Of a stretch of DNA of 64,000 nucleotides, positions 37,628-47,112 are shown piece after piece. The position numbers and the translations under genes were made by a program. Source of the stretch: Methanosarcinales archaeon (GTDB lineage: Archaea > Halobacteriota > UBA148 > JAUWXC01); contig CP061209.1 of the NCBI GenBank assembly GCA_026016205.1, forward strand, positions 117,469 through 181,468, in the 5' to 3' direction. The notes under the pieces were generated by a model. That model was not told the DNA's origin. It searched no databases and was given only the letters and a program-made list of their open reading frames with translations. Numbering within the stretch: the stretch's first letter is position 1; each line of letters opens with the position of its first letter.

Positions 37628-38040
37628 CTTGCGAACTCCTCTGATAGCTCCTCTTTACGTATAATCCTAATAGGTTTTCCTCTTACCTGTATAGGATTCC
37701 TTGCATTCTTCAGATATAGTAGTCCGTATCTCCTATCATATTTAAATTTCTTTAACTCAGACTTCCCGAGTTTATTTATTATCAAAAATATTTTATCCAC
37801 TTTTTTACCTTTGTTTTCCAATTGCTCAACTGTGGATAGGAGTTGTTCAACTCCTCTTTTAATGTTCTTCGATTTTAATTCCTGTACAAAGTGTTGGCAG
37901 TTTGTAACGTGACCATATCCATCACAGATTTTTTTAGCCCTATCTAATCCAAGTTCTGATATCATTTGCTCCGGCGTATATTTCTCATCAACTAAGGCAT
38001 TAAATCTAAAAAAACCACGATCACTATTTAAAGTACTCAT
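37612..38040 (-). CDS. small PD-(D/E)XK-like protein
   Basis: KICDGY...FVQELKS....GVEQL; GGGGGG ribosome-binding site. Confidence 0.55.
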   Translation of the reverse strand: MSTLNSDRGFFRFNALVDEKYTPEQMISELGLDRAKKICDGYGHVTNCQHFVQELKSKNIKRGVEQLLSTVEQLENKGKKVDKIFLIINKLGKSELKKFKYDRRYGLLYLKNARNPIQVRGKPIRIIRKEELSEEFARWQFT

Positions 38041-38114
38041 GAACCCCCCTAAGCCCAATTACCCAGTTATAATGAATGTTCTCGATAGGTATTATATAAA
38101 GAATTTGTCTATCT

Positions 38115-38139
38115 AGTACTTCCAAACGTCAAATTCTAC
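38115..38139 (+). repeat. 25-bp direct repeat, copy 2
   Basis: AGTACTTCCAAACGTCAAATTCTAC. Confidence 0.75.
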
Positions 38140-38160
38140 CAACCAAGTCGATGATTGGAT

Positions 38161-38236
38161 AGTAAGACAAGTTTAACTTTAAATTAGGTAGGAATCTTTT
38201 TATGGGGGCGTGGGCGTATATAAGTAGTTATACGCC
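38161..38236 (+). repeat. leader repeat copy 2 ending in an 8-8-8 recombinase-like site
   Basis: AGTAAGACAAGTTTAACTTTAAATT...GAATCTTTTTA...GGCGTATA-TAAGTAGT-TATACGCC, containing GTTATAC. Confidence 0.65.
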
Positions 38237-38262
38237 ATTGGCGATAAAAAGAGAGTTAAATC

Positions 38263-39522
38263 ATGCCTATAAGCGTGCCTATAAGAAAAATAAGAGTAAC
38301 AAACTTTAAGAGTTTTAAGGAATTGGAGGTAGAGCTTGGCAAGTTCAATGTGCTAATTGGTGCCAACGCTTCTGGAAAGTCTAATTTTGTTCAAATCTTT
38401 AAATTTCTGAGGGATATAACAGATTTTGGTTTAGATAACGCAATATCTATGCAAGGCGGCGTTGAATATCTAAGGAATGTAAAAATCGGTCGATCTGAGA
38501 TTTTTTCGATAAATGTTGTTTCTGACAAAAAATTTCGCTTGTCAAGAAAGATAAATGAAGACCGAATAGGTGTGGAAACATACAAAATGATTTACGAGTT
38601 TGCCATAAGGTTTAAAAGTAGAGGGACCGGGTATGAAATTGTCAAGGACAAGTTAATCCAGAAATGTATATTTAATAAATTAGAGAAACGAGGGAAAGAG
38701 ATAAAAGTAAAAGAAAAACTTGGGAAAGGAGAAATTATCCTTTCCCATGCTAACGGAAAAGTGAATATTAGTTTAAAGAAACCAGAAAAAGTACCGATAA
38801 ACAAAGATGATATGTATCCACCATTTTTGATAGAAAAAAGATTACCTTCCAATAGGCTTCTTCTTGAAACGATCTTTTTTATGCCCCTGTTGGAGATGAC
38901 CTTTAGTGAGATTTCTTTATACGATTTTGATCCAAAGCTACCTAAAAAAGCTACACCAATAACTGGAAAAGCTGAATTAGAAGAGGACGGGGCCAATTTA
39001 TCCATCGTTCTCAAAAATATTCTAGAACACAAAGACGAAAAAAGAAAGCTTTTTAATTTGGTGAAAGATATTTTACCGTTCATAGACGATCTTGGTGTAG
39101 AAAAATTTGCAGACAAGTCTTTACTCTTCAAATTACGAGAAATATATTCTAAAGGGCAATATTTGCCCGCCTCTCTGATTTCTGATGGGACAATAAATGT
39201 AACAGCTCTAATTGTTGCTTTATATTTTGAGAAAAAACCATTAACCATAATCGAGGAGCCTGGAAGAAATATACACCCACACCTTATTTCTAAAGTAATG
39301 GGCATGATGAAAGACGCATCGCGGAAGAAGCAGATTATCGTTACTACTCACAACCCCGAAATAATAAAATATGCATGTTTGGATGACATTTTGCTTGTTT
39401 CTCGTGATAAAGATGGCTTTTCCACAGTCTCCAGACCGGGTGATAAGGAGGAAGTAAAAATATTTCTAAAAAACGAAATAGGAATAGAAGAACTTTATGT
39501 ACAAAATTTACTGGGTGTATAA
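38263..39522 (+). CDS. ABC-type (AAA_15/AAA_21-like) ATPase
   Basis: NFKSF, GANASGKSN, ISDGT, IIEEP, TTHNP. Confidence 0.88.
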   Translation: MPISVPIRKIRVTNFKSFKELEVELGKFNVLIGANASGKSNFVQIFKFLRDITDFGLDNAISMQGGVEYLRNVKIGRSEIFSINVVSDKKFRLSRKINEDRIGVETYKMIYEFAIRFKSRGTGYEIVKDKLIQKCIFNKLEKRGKEIKVKEKLGKGEIILSHANGKVNISLKKPEKVPINKDDMYPPFLIEKRLPSNRLLLETIFFMPLLEMTFSEISLYDFDPKLPKKATPITGKAELEEDGANLSIVLKNILEHKDEKRKLFNLVKDILPFIDDLGVEKFADKSLLFKLREIYSKGQYLPASLISDGTINVTALIVALYFEKKPLTIIEEPGRNIHPHLISKVMGMMKDASRKKQIIVTTHNPEIIKYACLDDILLVSRDKDGFSTVSRPGDKEEVKIFLKNEIGIEELYVQNLLGV

Positions 39523-39524
39523 GT

Positions 39525-40058
39525 GTGGGATATAAAAGATTATTTATTCTTGTTGAAGGCGAGGACGATATAAGGTTTTTTGATAGAATAATAAAGCCAA
39601 TACACCAGAAAAAGTATGATTTAGTAGAAGTAATACGATTTGCCAGAATGAAAGAAGACAAACGTGACGATTTTCTTAAGAGTATTCAAGCAATGAACGC
39701 TGATTATATTTATGCGACTGATATTGATGATGCACCATGTGTAACGGCCAAAAAGCAAGAAATACAAAATAGACTAAGAAATTTGGATACGAACAGGACA
39801 ATCGTGATACTAAAGGAAATAGAGAGTTGGTATCTTGCTGGATTAAGTAATGAAGATTTGCAAAAATTCAAAATTCGTTCATTTGGAGCTACGGAGGATA
39901 TTAATAAAGAACAATTTAATAGTTTAATTCCTAAAAAGTTCAGTTCCAGGATAGACTTCATGTTAGAAATTCTGAAATCTTTTTCTAATGAAATAGCAAA
40001 GCAGAAGAATGGGTCATTTAGGTATTTTATCGAGAAATATTGTTGCGAAGTCTCCTAG
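39525..40058 (+). CDS. TOPRIM-like (OLD/DUF4276-type) protein
   Basis: ILVEGEDD, TDIDD, EIESWYLA; begins 2 nt after the ATPase stop. Confidence 0.7.
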   Translation: MGYKRLFILVEGEDDIRFFDRIIKPIHQKKYDLVEVIRFARMKEDKRDDFLKSIQAMNADYIYATDIDDAPCVTAKKQEIQNRLRNLDTNRTIVILKEIESWYLAGLSNEDLQKFKIRSFGATEDINKEQFNSLIPKKFSSRIDFMLEILKSFSNEIAKQKNGSFRYFIEKYCCEVS

Positions 40059-40065
40059 GGATGTT

Positions 40066-40140
40066 GGCAACAACATATATCTGGTTCGAGATTCGCCCTT
40101 CTTAAATCCTTATTTCGCTCGTAACCAGATAAGATTTGCT
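40066..40140 (+). repeat. degenerate attC-like hairpin
   Basis: GGCAACAAC, then TATCTGGTT-CGAG pairing with CTCG-T-AACCAGATA with one extrahelical T; the distal GTT box is decayed. Confidence 0.45.
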
Positions 40141-40163
40141 GGGTTTGGATTATTTGGACGTTT

Positions 40164-43100
40164 TTACGCAGTCGCCTCTTCAACGATTTTGATTTCATTA
40201 TCTGTCAACCCATACAACTCATACACCATTTGATCAATCGTTCTATCTGTTTCCTCAACTTCCTTCTCTATTTTCTCCTTCCGCTCCAACGCAGGCAAGA
40301 ACGGATCCATAATCTCATCGATGACTTGTTGGTTTTTGGTCTTGTCCCTGTTGTTAAAAATTGGGATGTTATTTATCTTCAAAATCCGGTCCAGAAGATT
40401 GCCCGTACTAATGCTCTTGCGATAATTCAAAATGCAGTGCTTTATGAATTGCTGGAAGTTGGTATTTCCAAATCGACATTTTAAAACATCAAAATTCTCA
40501 ATCAATTCCTCATTTTCATCTACATAATCCACAGAAACAAATAGCCAATCGCCTTCCTCGCGTACTTTGGCCTTTTTAATTTTGCCCCGAATCCCATTGG
40601 CGTTGTTCAAGGTTTTTCTATCATTCATGCTGAGTTGATTAAAGTAGAATCCGAGATCCGTATCCTTGATTTTTGGGTGCAAATCGACATACTCGAAGAA
40701 GTTTGTGTTGATGGTTTGGAGCTCTTTGTTAAGGGAGAGCATTTTGTCGGCGAGGGTGATGAGGGGTTGCTGTTTAATTTTAGGAATATTCTTAATTGGT
40801 AGTTTCTTGAAATCGTCTGGGTAAAAATAATACTCAATCCTATGTCTCCTTATGGTATTTAAATAGAATTTTGCAAATTTTGAATTTAATATTGCAAGGA
40901 TGTATTTAAGGTCGAAATTATCAGATATGCCTTCTAATTCCTTCCTGGTTTTAATGGTCCATTTTTTTATGCTGTTCTCTATGCTTCGGTTTGAAACCGA
41001 TTTTAAGTCATCATGTTTTACCATAACATTGATGCTATGATTGCATACTACTCCACTTTCATCATACGTTCCATCTACCGTAGCACCCCTGATTATTTTA
41101 GGTGGGACATACAATTCAGGAAATGTTGGTCTAACCAATTTTTTAGGGCTTCTTTCAGTGTCCCATTCTAGATATCGAATTTCATTAATTTTATACCTCT
41201 CAATATATTTGGCCTCTACATATGGTTTTTTGTTAATTTCAGTAGGTATTTTAGAAATCAAATCGTCCTTTTTGAATTCTCCCTTCCAACACCTCTCATC
41301 ACTATTCGGTCTTAACCCATAGCTTACATAGCAGATATTTCCTAATGATTCGGTATCTTCAAATTTATCGTCAAAGTCTATTTCTGCGCTTATCCTAAAC
41401 ATCTTTTTGATATCATCAGATGGTCCAAGTTCTTTGATATTTTCAAAAGAATTCGTATGCAGAATCCTTCTCGTTTTCCCCTTCTTTTTGGACTTTTTAA
41501 TGGTGAGTATAACACTTTCAACACCAACACCTTGAAACACTTTAACATTCTTAAAAAAGTCGATTTGTACTAAATAGTAATTATCTAAAATATGCCTTTT
41601 TAGTTTATCAGCAAACTTAGAAGTATTAAATGAATTTGAAACTATAAAAGAGAACATACCCCCCTCTTTAAGCAATTTTAATCCTCGTTCGATAAATGCG
41701 ATAAATAAATCCCATTTTTCATATAATGTTTCATATTGGCCAGAAGATTCCATCCATTTTCTTTGTTTTTGGTACTTTTCGTCGTCTACATCTGCCCTGA
41801 CATATGGCGGATTCCCAATTACAACATCAAAGCCACCGTTCTCAAAAACATCTGGAAAAACATCTTCCCAATCGAATGGACGCTTCTCTTTCCAATCATC
41901 ACCGAAGTATTGTTTTAATTCATCTTCTGTGCCGGAGATCAGGCTGTTACCACATGCGATGTTGTTCTCCAGTTTGTTCAGAGGAGTGTCTTTTCGAATG
42001 CTTCTGAGCCATAAATTGATTTTTGTAATCTCGACTGATTCGGGGTTAAAGTCTACGCCATGTATATTCTCTGTTAAAATCTTCTTGACACTTTCTTCTT
42101 CTATTTTTGGCAGCTCTTCCTTCTCCCATTTTTTGAAATCCTCTTTTGATAAATTGTGTTTGTTCTTCTGGATTATTCGCTTGATGCGCTCCTGATTTAG
42201 GCGTTTTAACCTGTCATATGCCTTGATTAAGAATGCGCCAGAACCGCAGGCAGGGTCTAATATCTTGGAGTCTGCCGTAATCCCAACATTATCGATGATG
42301 TAATCAACAACATATTGCGGCGTATAGTATTGCCCGAATTTCTTCCGTTCCTGATTATCGGCAACCCACCCCAAGCCCTTTTCCAGTTCCTGAAGCGTGT
42401 TGCCGAGATAATTTTCGTAGATTCTGCCCAGAATGTCGGCGTCTATCGTGGAGAAATCATATTCATACAACCCCAGGATGATTTTCTCAAAAACGTTTTT
42501 GTCGATGATAAGATCTTCACACGGATGTTTCGCGAATAACTCGCCATCATAAATATCATCGAATTCTCTGTAATGAAGTTTCAAGCCACGTATAAACAAC
42601 TCGTTTGACCTGGCTGCCTTGTAGAAGTATTCGAACATCTCTTTTAAGCGCCCAAACCTCAAGATATCTCTGTCTTCACAAATCTTAAAGAATAAAAATC
42701 GATCCAATATGATTTGAATGCCTTCCCGCAGTTTATCTGCCGAGTACTTGTCCTTGTTATTTTTCAAAATAGAATTGGTCAAATCGCTTCTGCAATCCAG
42801 CAGGAACTTGACGATTTGTTCATCCACAGGCGGCCTAAATGCCCGCGCCCCTTTGAAGTACTCATCCAGTTTTCCGGCTATGATGTGTTCTCTGGCAAGA
42901 AGTTTGATTTTGTTAAAATTATTGTCCTTTAAGAAATCATCGATCTCAAAATCGAAGGCAATTCTATCTTTATGGGTGCCCTTCCAATACGCGTTGAATA
43001 GCATCCACCTTTTGCCATTGGTTAATAGCGCCCAATTTACGCCGCTGTTGTATGCGTAATTGATTGCTTGTTCAATGTAGGTTCTTTTTCCACCACCCTT

Positions 43101-43388
43101 GGATATCTCGACCCCCTCTAAATTCTTGTCGAGGGCTTTCGCTTCGATGTAAATTTTCGGCTTTCCATCAACCTTTAGCGCATAATCTGCCCTTATTCTC
43201 CCCTCGACCTTTTGCTCTTTCTTGACCTCCAAGTGGTCCTGTAAATTCCAACCCAAAATTTTTAGAAACTCGTCGATGATGCTCGATTTGACGTCTTCTT
43301 CATCTTTTAATGTATCAGAGATAGTATGAAAGCGCTGGACAAACAACTCCATTCTATCATAAATTTCTTTGTCTAAATCCCTCTCCAC
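40164..43388 (-). CDS. type IIG restriction-modification enzyme (nuclease, N6-MTase and TRD fused)
   Basis: ADY...IEAK...QA..YA, GQYYTP, DPACGSGAF, GNPPY. Confidence 0.9.
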   Translation of the reverse strand: MERDLDKEIYDRMELFVQRFHTISDTLKDEEDVKSSIIDEFLKILGWNLQDHLEVKKEQKVEGRIRADYALKVDGKPKIYIEAKALDKNLEGVEISKGGGKRTYIEQAINYAYNSGVNWALLTNGKRWMLFNAYWKGTHKDRIAFDFEIDDFLKDNNFNKIKLLAREHIIAGKLDEYFKGARAFRPPVDEQIVKFLLDCRSDLTNSILKNNKDKYSADKLREGIQIILDRFLFFKICEDRDILRFGRLKEMFEYFYKAARSNELFIRGLKLHYREFDDIYDGELFAKHPCEDLIIDKNVFEKIILGLYEYDFSTIDADILGRIYENYLGNTLQELEKGLGWVADNQERKKFGQYYTPQYVVDYIIDNVGITADSKILDPACGSGAFLIKAYDRLKRLNQERIKRIIQKNKHNLSKEDFKKWEKEELPKIEEESVKKILTENIHGVDFNPESVEITKINLWLRSIRKDTPLNKLENNIACGNSLISGTEDELKQYFGDDWKEKRPFDWEDVFPDVFENGGFDVVIGNPPYVRADVDDEKYQKQRKWMESSGQYETLYEKWDLFIAFIERGLKLLKEGGMFSFIVSNSFNTSKFADKLKRHILDNYYLVQIDFFKNVKVFQGVGVESVILTIKKSKKKGKTRRILHTNSFENIKELGPSDDIKKMFRISAEIDFDDKFEDTESLGNICYVSYGLRPNSDERCWKGEFKKDDLISKIPTEINKKPYVEAKYIERYKINEIRYLEWDTERSPKKLVRPTFPELYVPPKIIRGATVDGTYDESGVVCNHSINVMVKHDDLKSVSNRSIENSIKKWTIKTRKELEGISDNFDLKYILAILNSKFAKFYLNTIRRHRIEYYFYPDDFKKLPIKNIPKIKQQPLITLADKMLSLNKELQTINTNFFEYVDLHPKIKDTDLGFYFNQLSMNDRKTLNNANGIRGKIKKAKVREEGDWLFVSVDYVDENEELIENFDVLKCRFGNTNFQQFIKHCILNYRKSISTGNLLDRILKINNIPIFNNRDKTKNQQVIDEIMDPFLPALERKEKIEKEVEETDRTIDQMVYELYGLTDNEIKIVEEATA

Positions 43389-43535
43389 AGTTCATCATCC
43401 CTTTCAACGTATTCAACTACTATCTATCACCTTCAATCCTCTTAAATATACATTCCCAAAATACCCATTAATGAATCTTACCCAAGCGCACCGCGAAACT
43501 AAAAAAAATCACAACGTCATCTTGCGTCCAAGGCC

Positions 43536-44435
43536 TCATCCCAAAACTCTAACCAACAACGCCATCTGCGCATACAACCTGTTCTCAGCCTGCTTGAAAA
43601 TCGCGGAGTGTGCGCCTTCTAAAACGTCATCCGTAATCTCCTCGCCTCTGTGCGCTGGCAGGCAGTGCATGACGATGACATCGTCTTTTGCCATCTTCAC
43701 GATGTCCGCATTGATCTGGAATCCCTGGAAATCGTGCATCCTTTTCTCTTTCTGCGCCTCATCGCCCATCGACGCCCAGACATCCGTGTAGAGCACGTCC
43801 GCATCTTCAGCAGCCTCTTTCGGGTCATGCGTGATTTTCACGTTTACTCCGAGCCCTCTCGCCCTGCTCACGATTTTTTCATCCGGCTCATACCCCTTCG
43901 GACAGGCTACCACGACATTCATCCCGACCAGTGCACCCGCTAAAATGGAAGAGTTGCAGACGTTGTTGCCATCTCCAATCCATCCGAATTTCAATCCTGA
44001 AAACCCCTTCTTGAATTCGTAAATCGTCAGCAAATCCGCAAGGGACTGGCAGGGATGTTCGATTTCAGTCAGTGCATTGATGACGGGGACGCTCGCATGT
44101 TTTGCAAACTCGGTTACCACATCATGCCTCCCTCTGATTACTACACCATCCACATATCCGGACAGGGCGCGTGCCGTATCTTTTATCAATTCGCCTCTAC
44201 CAATCTGCAGGTCCTGCCAGTTGAGGTATAACGCATGCCCACCCAGGGACGTCATCGCAACCTCGAATGAGACGCGCGTTCGGGTGGACGGCTTCTCGAA
44301 CAACATCGCCAGACTTTTGTTCTGCAACATGTCCAGCGTCTTGCCCCTCTTTCGCCTCTCCTTTAAATCCTCTGCCTTTTCGAGTATGTCGGTAATGTCC
44401 TCGTGCGTTAAATCATACATCGAAATGAAGTTCAT
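43536..44435 (-). CDS. argF: ornithine carbamoyltransferase
   Basis: STRTR, HPCQ, WASMG, HCLP. Confidence 0.96.
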   Translation of the reverse strand: MNFISMYDLTHEDITDILEKAEDLKERRKRGKTLDMLQNKSLAMLFEKPSTRTRVSFEVAMTSLGGHALYLNWQDLQIGRGELIKDTARALSGYVDGVVIRGRHDVVTEFAKHASVPVINALTEIEHPCQSLADLLTIYEFKKGFSGLKFGWIGDGNNVCNSSILAGALVGMNVVVACPKGYEPDEKIVSRARGLGVNVKITHDPKEAAEDADVLYTDVWASMGDEAQKEKRMHDFQGFQINADIVKMAKDDVIVMHCLPAHRGEEITDDVLEGAHSAIFKQAENRLYAQMALLVRVLG

Positions 44436-44436
44436 C

Positions 44437-45816
44437 TTATCCTCTCAACGATTCCATATGCTTTACACTTTTCTCTATATGCCCTTCTGAACCGATATCC
44501 CACCTGTTCCATAATGCCCCGTCAATGTTGACGATGCCATCCAGTGAGATGTTTCGTGCATCTTCAATGCTGTCTCCAATGCCCACCGTGCATACGGCTC
44601 TTGAGCCCAATGCATATGTTCCATCATCCCTGAGCTCCATGGATCCTGGATAAATCCTGATTGCATCTCCATATTTTTCACTGAGTTCATATGCTTTGCT
44701 GAGGTCTACCCTCATGTCGCCTGAGAAAGTCTTCCTGTATCCGCCGTAGGCCATCGGAACTGCATAGGTTACGACGCTCGCCTTGCTGGCAAAGTTCAAT
44801 TTTGTTAGATTTTCATCGAGCATGCGGAAACAGACGTCCACGAAGTCATCCTTCAAAGTCGCGAACAGATTTATCGACTCCGGGTCTCCAGGGCGGGAAT
44901 TGACCTCCAGTACCTTGACCCCGTCTCTTGCGCAGGTATATGCCATGTACAGGGGTACTCCTCTCAGGGAAGTGTTGTCTCCGTCGTCCTTCACTTCATC
45001 GAATATCTTTTTGCCGATTTCCAGCGCATCATCCCAGTCCTTCTGGTCCATGAAAGGCAGTTTATTGCCAGCATCCTTGTAAGCGCCCATGCCGCCCGTG
45101 TTCACTCCTAAGTCCCCGTCAAACGCCCTCTTATAATCCCGTACCGCTGGCGTTGCGATAAGATGTTTTCCATCTGAAACAAACTGCAGGCTGAACTCCT
45201 CGCCATCCACCTTTTCCTCTATTATCACGGTACCATGTTCATAGCAGGTTAAAAAATGTGCAAATAATTGCTCCCTGTTCGAGAAATGGTCTCCCCAGAC
45301 GCCTACGCCCTTTCCCGTCGCAGGAGCATCCGGCTTTACGACGGCATTATTTTCAAGTTCATCCAGCCACGCCCATACCTCTTTTTTTACCTCATCCTTG
45401 CTGGAGCAGTCCTTCGGGTCAAATACCTTGAACCTGGGATTGGCATCCGGACAGCATTTTTTCAGCAGGTGGCGCTGTAACACCTTGCTTTTTTCAATGG
45501 CATACTCCTTCGCGGGACAGATCATCGGGATTTTCGCCTCCTTCTCGACAACATCCCTGATGCCATCTATTATGGGCCCCTCTGGACCGACGATTCCAAA
45601 ATCAATCTCATCCTGATGTTTTCTGGCAAAGTCGCATATTTTTTGCGTAGTCAGTCCGATTTCCTGTGCCGCCGCCCTCTCGAGTATGAATGGATTTTTC
45701 TGTTTGTCTGCATCGAAAATGCTCACATCGTAATTCTCACTTCTACATAAGGCATCGGCGATGGCAGCCGCCCTTGAGCCGTAACTAACGAGCAAAACGC
45801 CGACCTTTTCCATCAC
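44437..45816 (-). CDS. purD: phosphoribosylamine--glycine ligase
   Basis: GPEGP, GKGV, DYKRA..GD.G.NTGGMG, E.NSRPGDPE. Confidence 0.9.
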   Translation of the reverse strand: MMEKVGVLLVSYGSRAAAIADALCRSENYDVSIFDADKQKNPFILERAAAQEIGLTTQKICDFARKHQDEIDFGIVGPEGPIIDGIRDVVEKEAKIPMICPAKEYAIEKSKVLQRHLLKKCCPDANPRFKVFDPKDCSSKDEVKKEVWAWLDELENNAVVKPDAPATGKGVGVWGDHFSNREQLFAHFLTCYEHGTVIIEEKVDGEEFSLQFVSDGKHLIATPAVRDYKRAFDGDLGVNTGGMGAYKDAGNKLPFMDQKDWDDALEIGKKIFDEVKDDGDNTSLRGVPLYMAYTCARDGVKVLEVNSRPGDPESINLFATLKDDFVDVCFRMLDENLTKLNFASKASVVTYAVPMAYGGYRKTFSGDMRVDLSKAYELSEKYGDAIRIYPGSMELRDDGTYALGSRAVCTVGIGDSIEDARNISLDGIVNIDGALWNRWDIGSEGHIEKSVKHMESLRG

Positions 45817-46322
45817 AATAACTCCTTTGCTTTTACTATGGGCACAAATGAAACGCCCATCTTCTTCAAATTCTCCTCGGCGCCTTCTTCCCTATCCACG
45901 ACCACGATAACCGTATCCACGATTGCCCCGAGTTCGCGCAACGTCTTGACAGCCTTTGCAGCCCCTGCTCCGGTGGTTGCAACATCCTCGATTACGGTGA
46001 CCCTCTCTCCAGAAGCAAATCCCCCCTCTATTTTTTTACGAGTCCCGTATTCTTTTTTCTCTTTTCTTACTATAATATAGGGCAAGCCACTCTGGACACT
46101 GGTCACCGCTGCCAGGGGAACGGATCCCAGCTCGATGCCAGCAAGCCGCTGCGTACCGGGTGGAATCATCTTTGCGATCTCCTCACTGAGGATTCTCAGA
46201 CACTCCGGGTCTGTCTCGAAGATGTATTTGTCAATGTAGTAATTGCTCTTCTTGCCGGATGCCAGCGTAAAATCGCCAAACTTGACGGCTTTTTTTAGCG
46301 CGTTCATCAGTTCACGTTTCAT
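45813..46322 (-). CDS. pyrE: orotate phosphoribosyltransferase
   Basis: FTLASGKKS.YYID, RKE.KEYG, IEDVATTG, VVDR. Confidence 0.94.
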   Translation of the reverse strand: MKRELMNALKKAVKFGDFTLASGKKSNYYIDKYIFETDPECLRILSEEIAKMIPPGTQRLAGIELGSVPLAAVTSVQSGLPYIIVRKEKKEYGTRKKIEGGFASGERVTVIEDVATTGAGAAKAVKTLRELGAIVDTVIVVVDREEGAEENLKKMGVSFVPIVKAKELL

Positions 46323-46488
46323 CTTCATCACCTTTTGTCCGTTCATCGCTTACACATACACAATCCGTGCATGCACTCAACAGGGGATAGAAATGGGATG
46401 CACATACTCTCTTGCCACACAGCATGCATACTCTGGTCTGCGCCTTTTTATGGCATATTTCACAGCGGCCTGAAACATCACTTACCAT
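46312..46488 (-). CDS. 58-aa Cys-rich zinc-finger protein (not in ORF track)
   Basis: MVSDVSGRCEICHKKAQTRVCMLCGKRVCASHFYPLLSACTDCVC...; overlaps both the carS stop and the pyrE start. Confidence 0.75.
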   Translation of the reverse strand: MVSDVSGRCEICHKKAQTRVCMLCGKRVCASHFYPLLSACTDCVCVSDERTKGDEDET

Positions 46489-47024
46489 GGCACATCCTTC
46501 TTTCCTAATTTGTAGCCAATAACATTAACCGTTTTGTGTAAAATTGGGGTAATAACTATTACTGCAATCATCACATGCAGAGTGAAATTGGTAATAAACC
46601 ACTCGCGAGAGAAGGCATAGGTGAGCACCCATGCGCCGAGAACCAGGTCCAATTGGTCCACCAGCCGCAGTGGCACGCCCTGCTTCAGTCCAAATCTCCT
46701 CTTAAAAAAACTCTTTACGACATCTCCTGTCATTGCACCCAAGGGCAGACAGATCAACGCAGAGGTGGTGAAATCCGGGTACCCAATATATGGGACCGTA
46801 AAGTTTTGCACAAGGCCAACGACAATCCCGCTAAGCACTCCCAATATAAATCCTCTGTAGGTCTTTCCATCTCCCAGAATGCGCTTGCCGTCCCTGAACA
46901 TTTTTCCAAAATCGATTGCAATGCCCCTTCCGACAAGGGCGGCGCATATGTTAGGGATGTATGCCGGCATCATCAGCCAGATTGCAGTTATTGTTATTTC
47001 GAGCAATGTCAACACCGAAAACAT
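46482..47024 (-). CDS. carS: CDP-archaeol synthase
   Basis: PAYIPN, ID.G....DG.RILGDGKT, GD..KSFFKRR, DQLD. Confidence 0.92.
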   Translation of the reverse strand: MFSVLTLLEITITAIWLMMPAYIPNICAALVGRGIAIDFGKMFRDGKRILGDGKTYRGFILGVLSGIVVGLVQNFTVPYIGYPDFTTSALICLPLGAMTGDVVKSFFKRRFGLKQGVPLRLVDQLDLVLGAWVLTYAFSREWFITNFTLHVMIAVIVITPILHKTVNVIGYKLGKKDVPW

Positions 47025-47112
47025 TTTTACCTACGCAGTGATGAAACTATGAATGTTTAAATTATTCGGAAATATTATCTTATGATAGATTATGTGTTAG
47101 CAGGAGAAAGGT

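Larger units (their letters stand above)
31724..43400. mobile_element. accessory/defence island downstream of tRNA-Thr
   Basis: Interrupts housekeeping genes, visibly AT-rich from about 33100 to 41800, with nuclease, RM and TA cargo. No integrase or duplicated tRNA end was seen. Confidence 0.7.

Noticed and set aside
31700..43535. Classical tRNA-integrated element with integrase and attR
   Set aside because: No recombinase ORF and no duplicate of the tRNA-Thr 3' end found near the island's far boundary.
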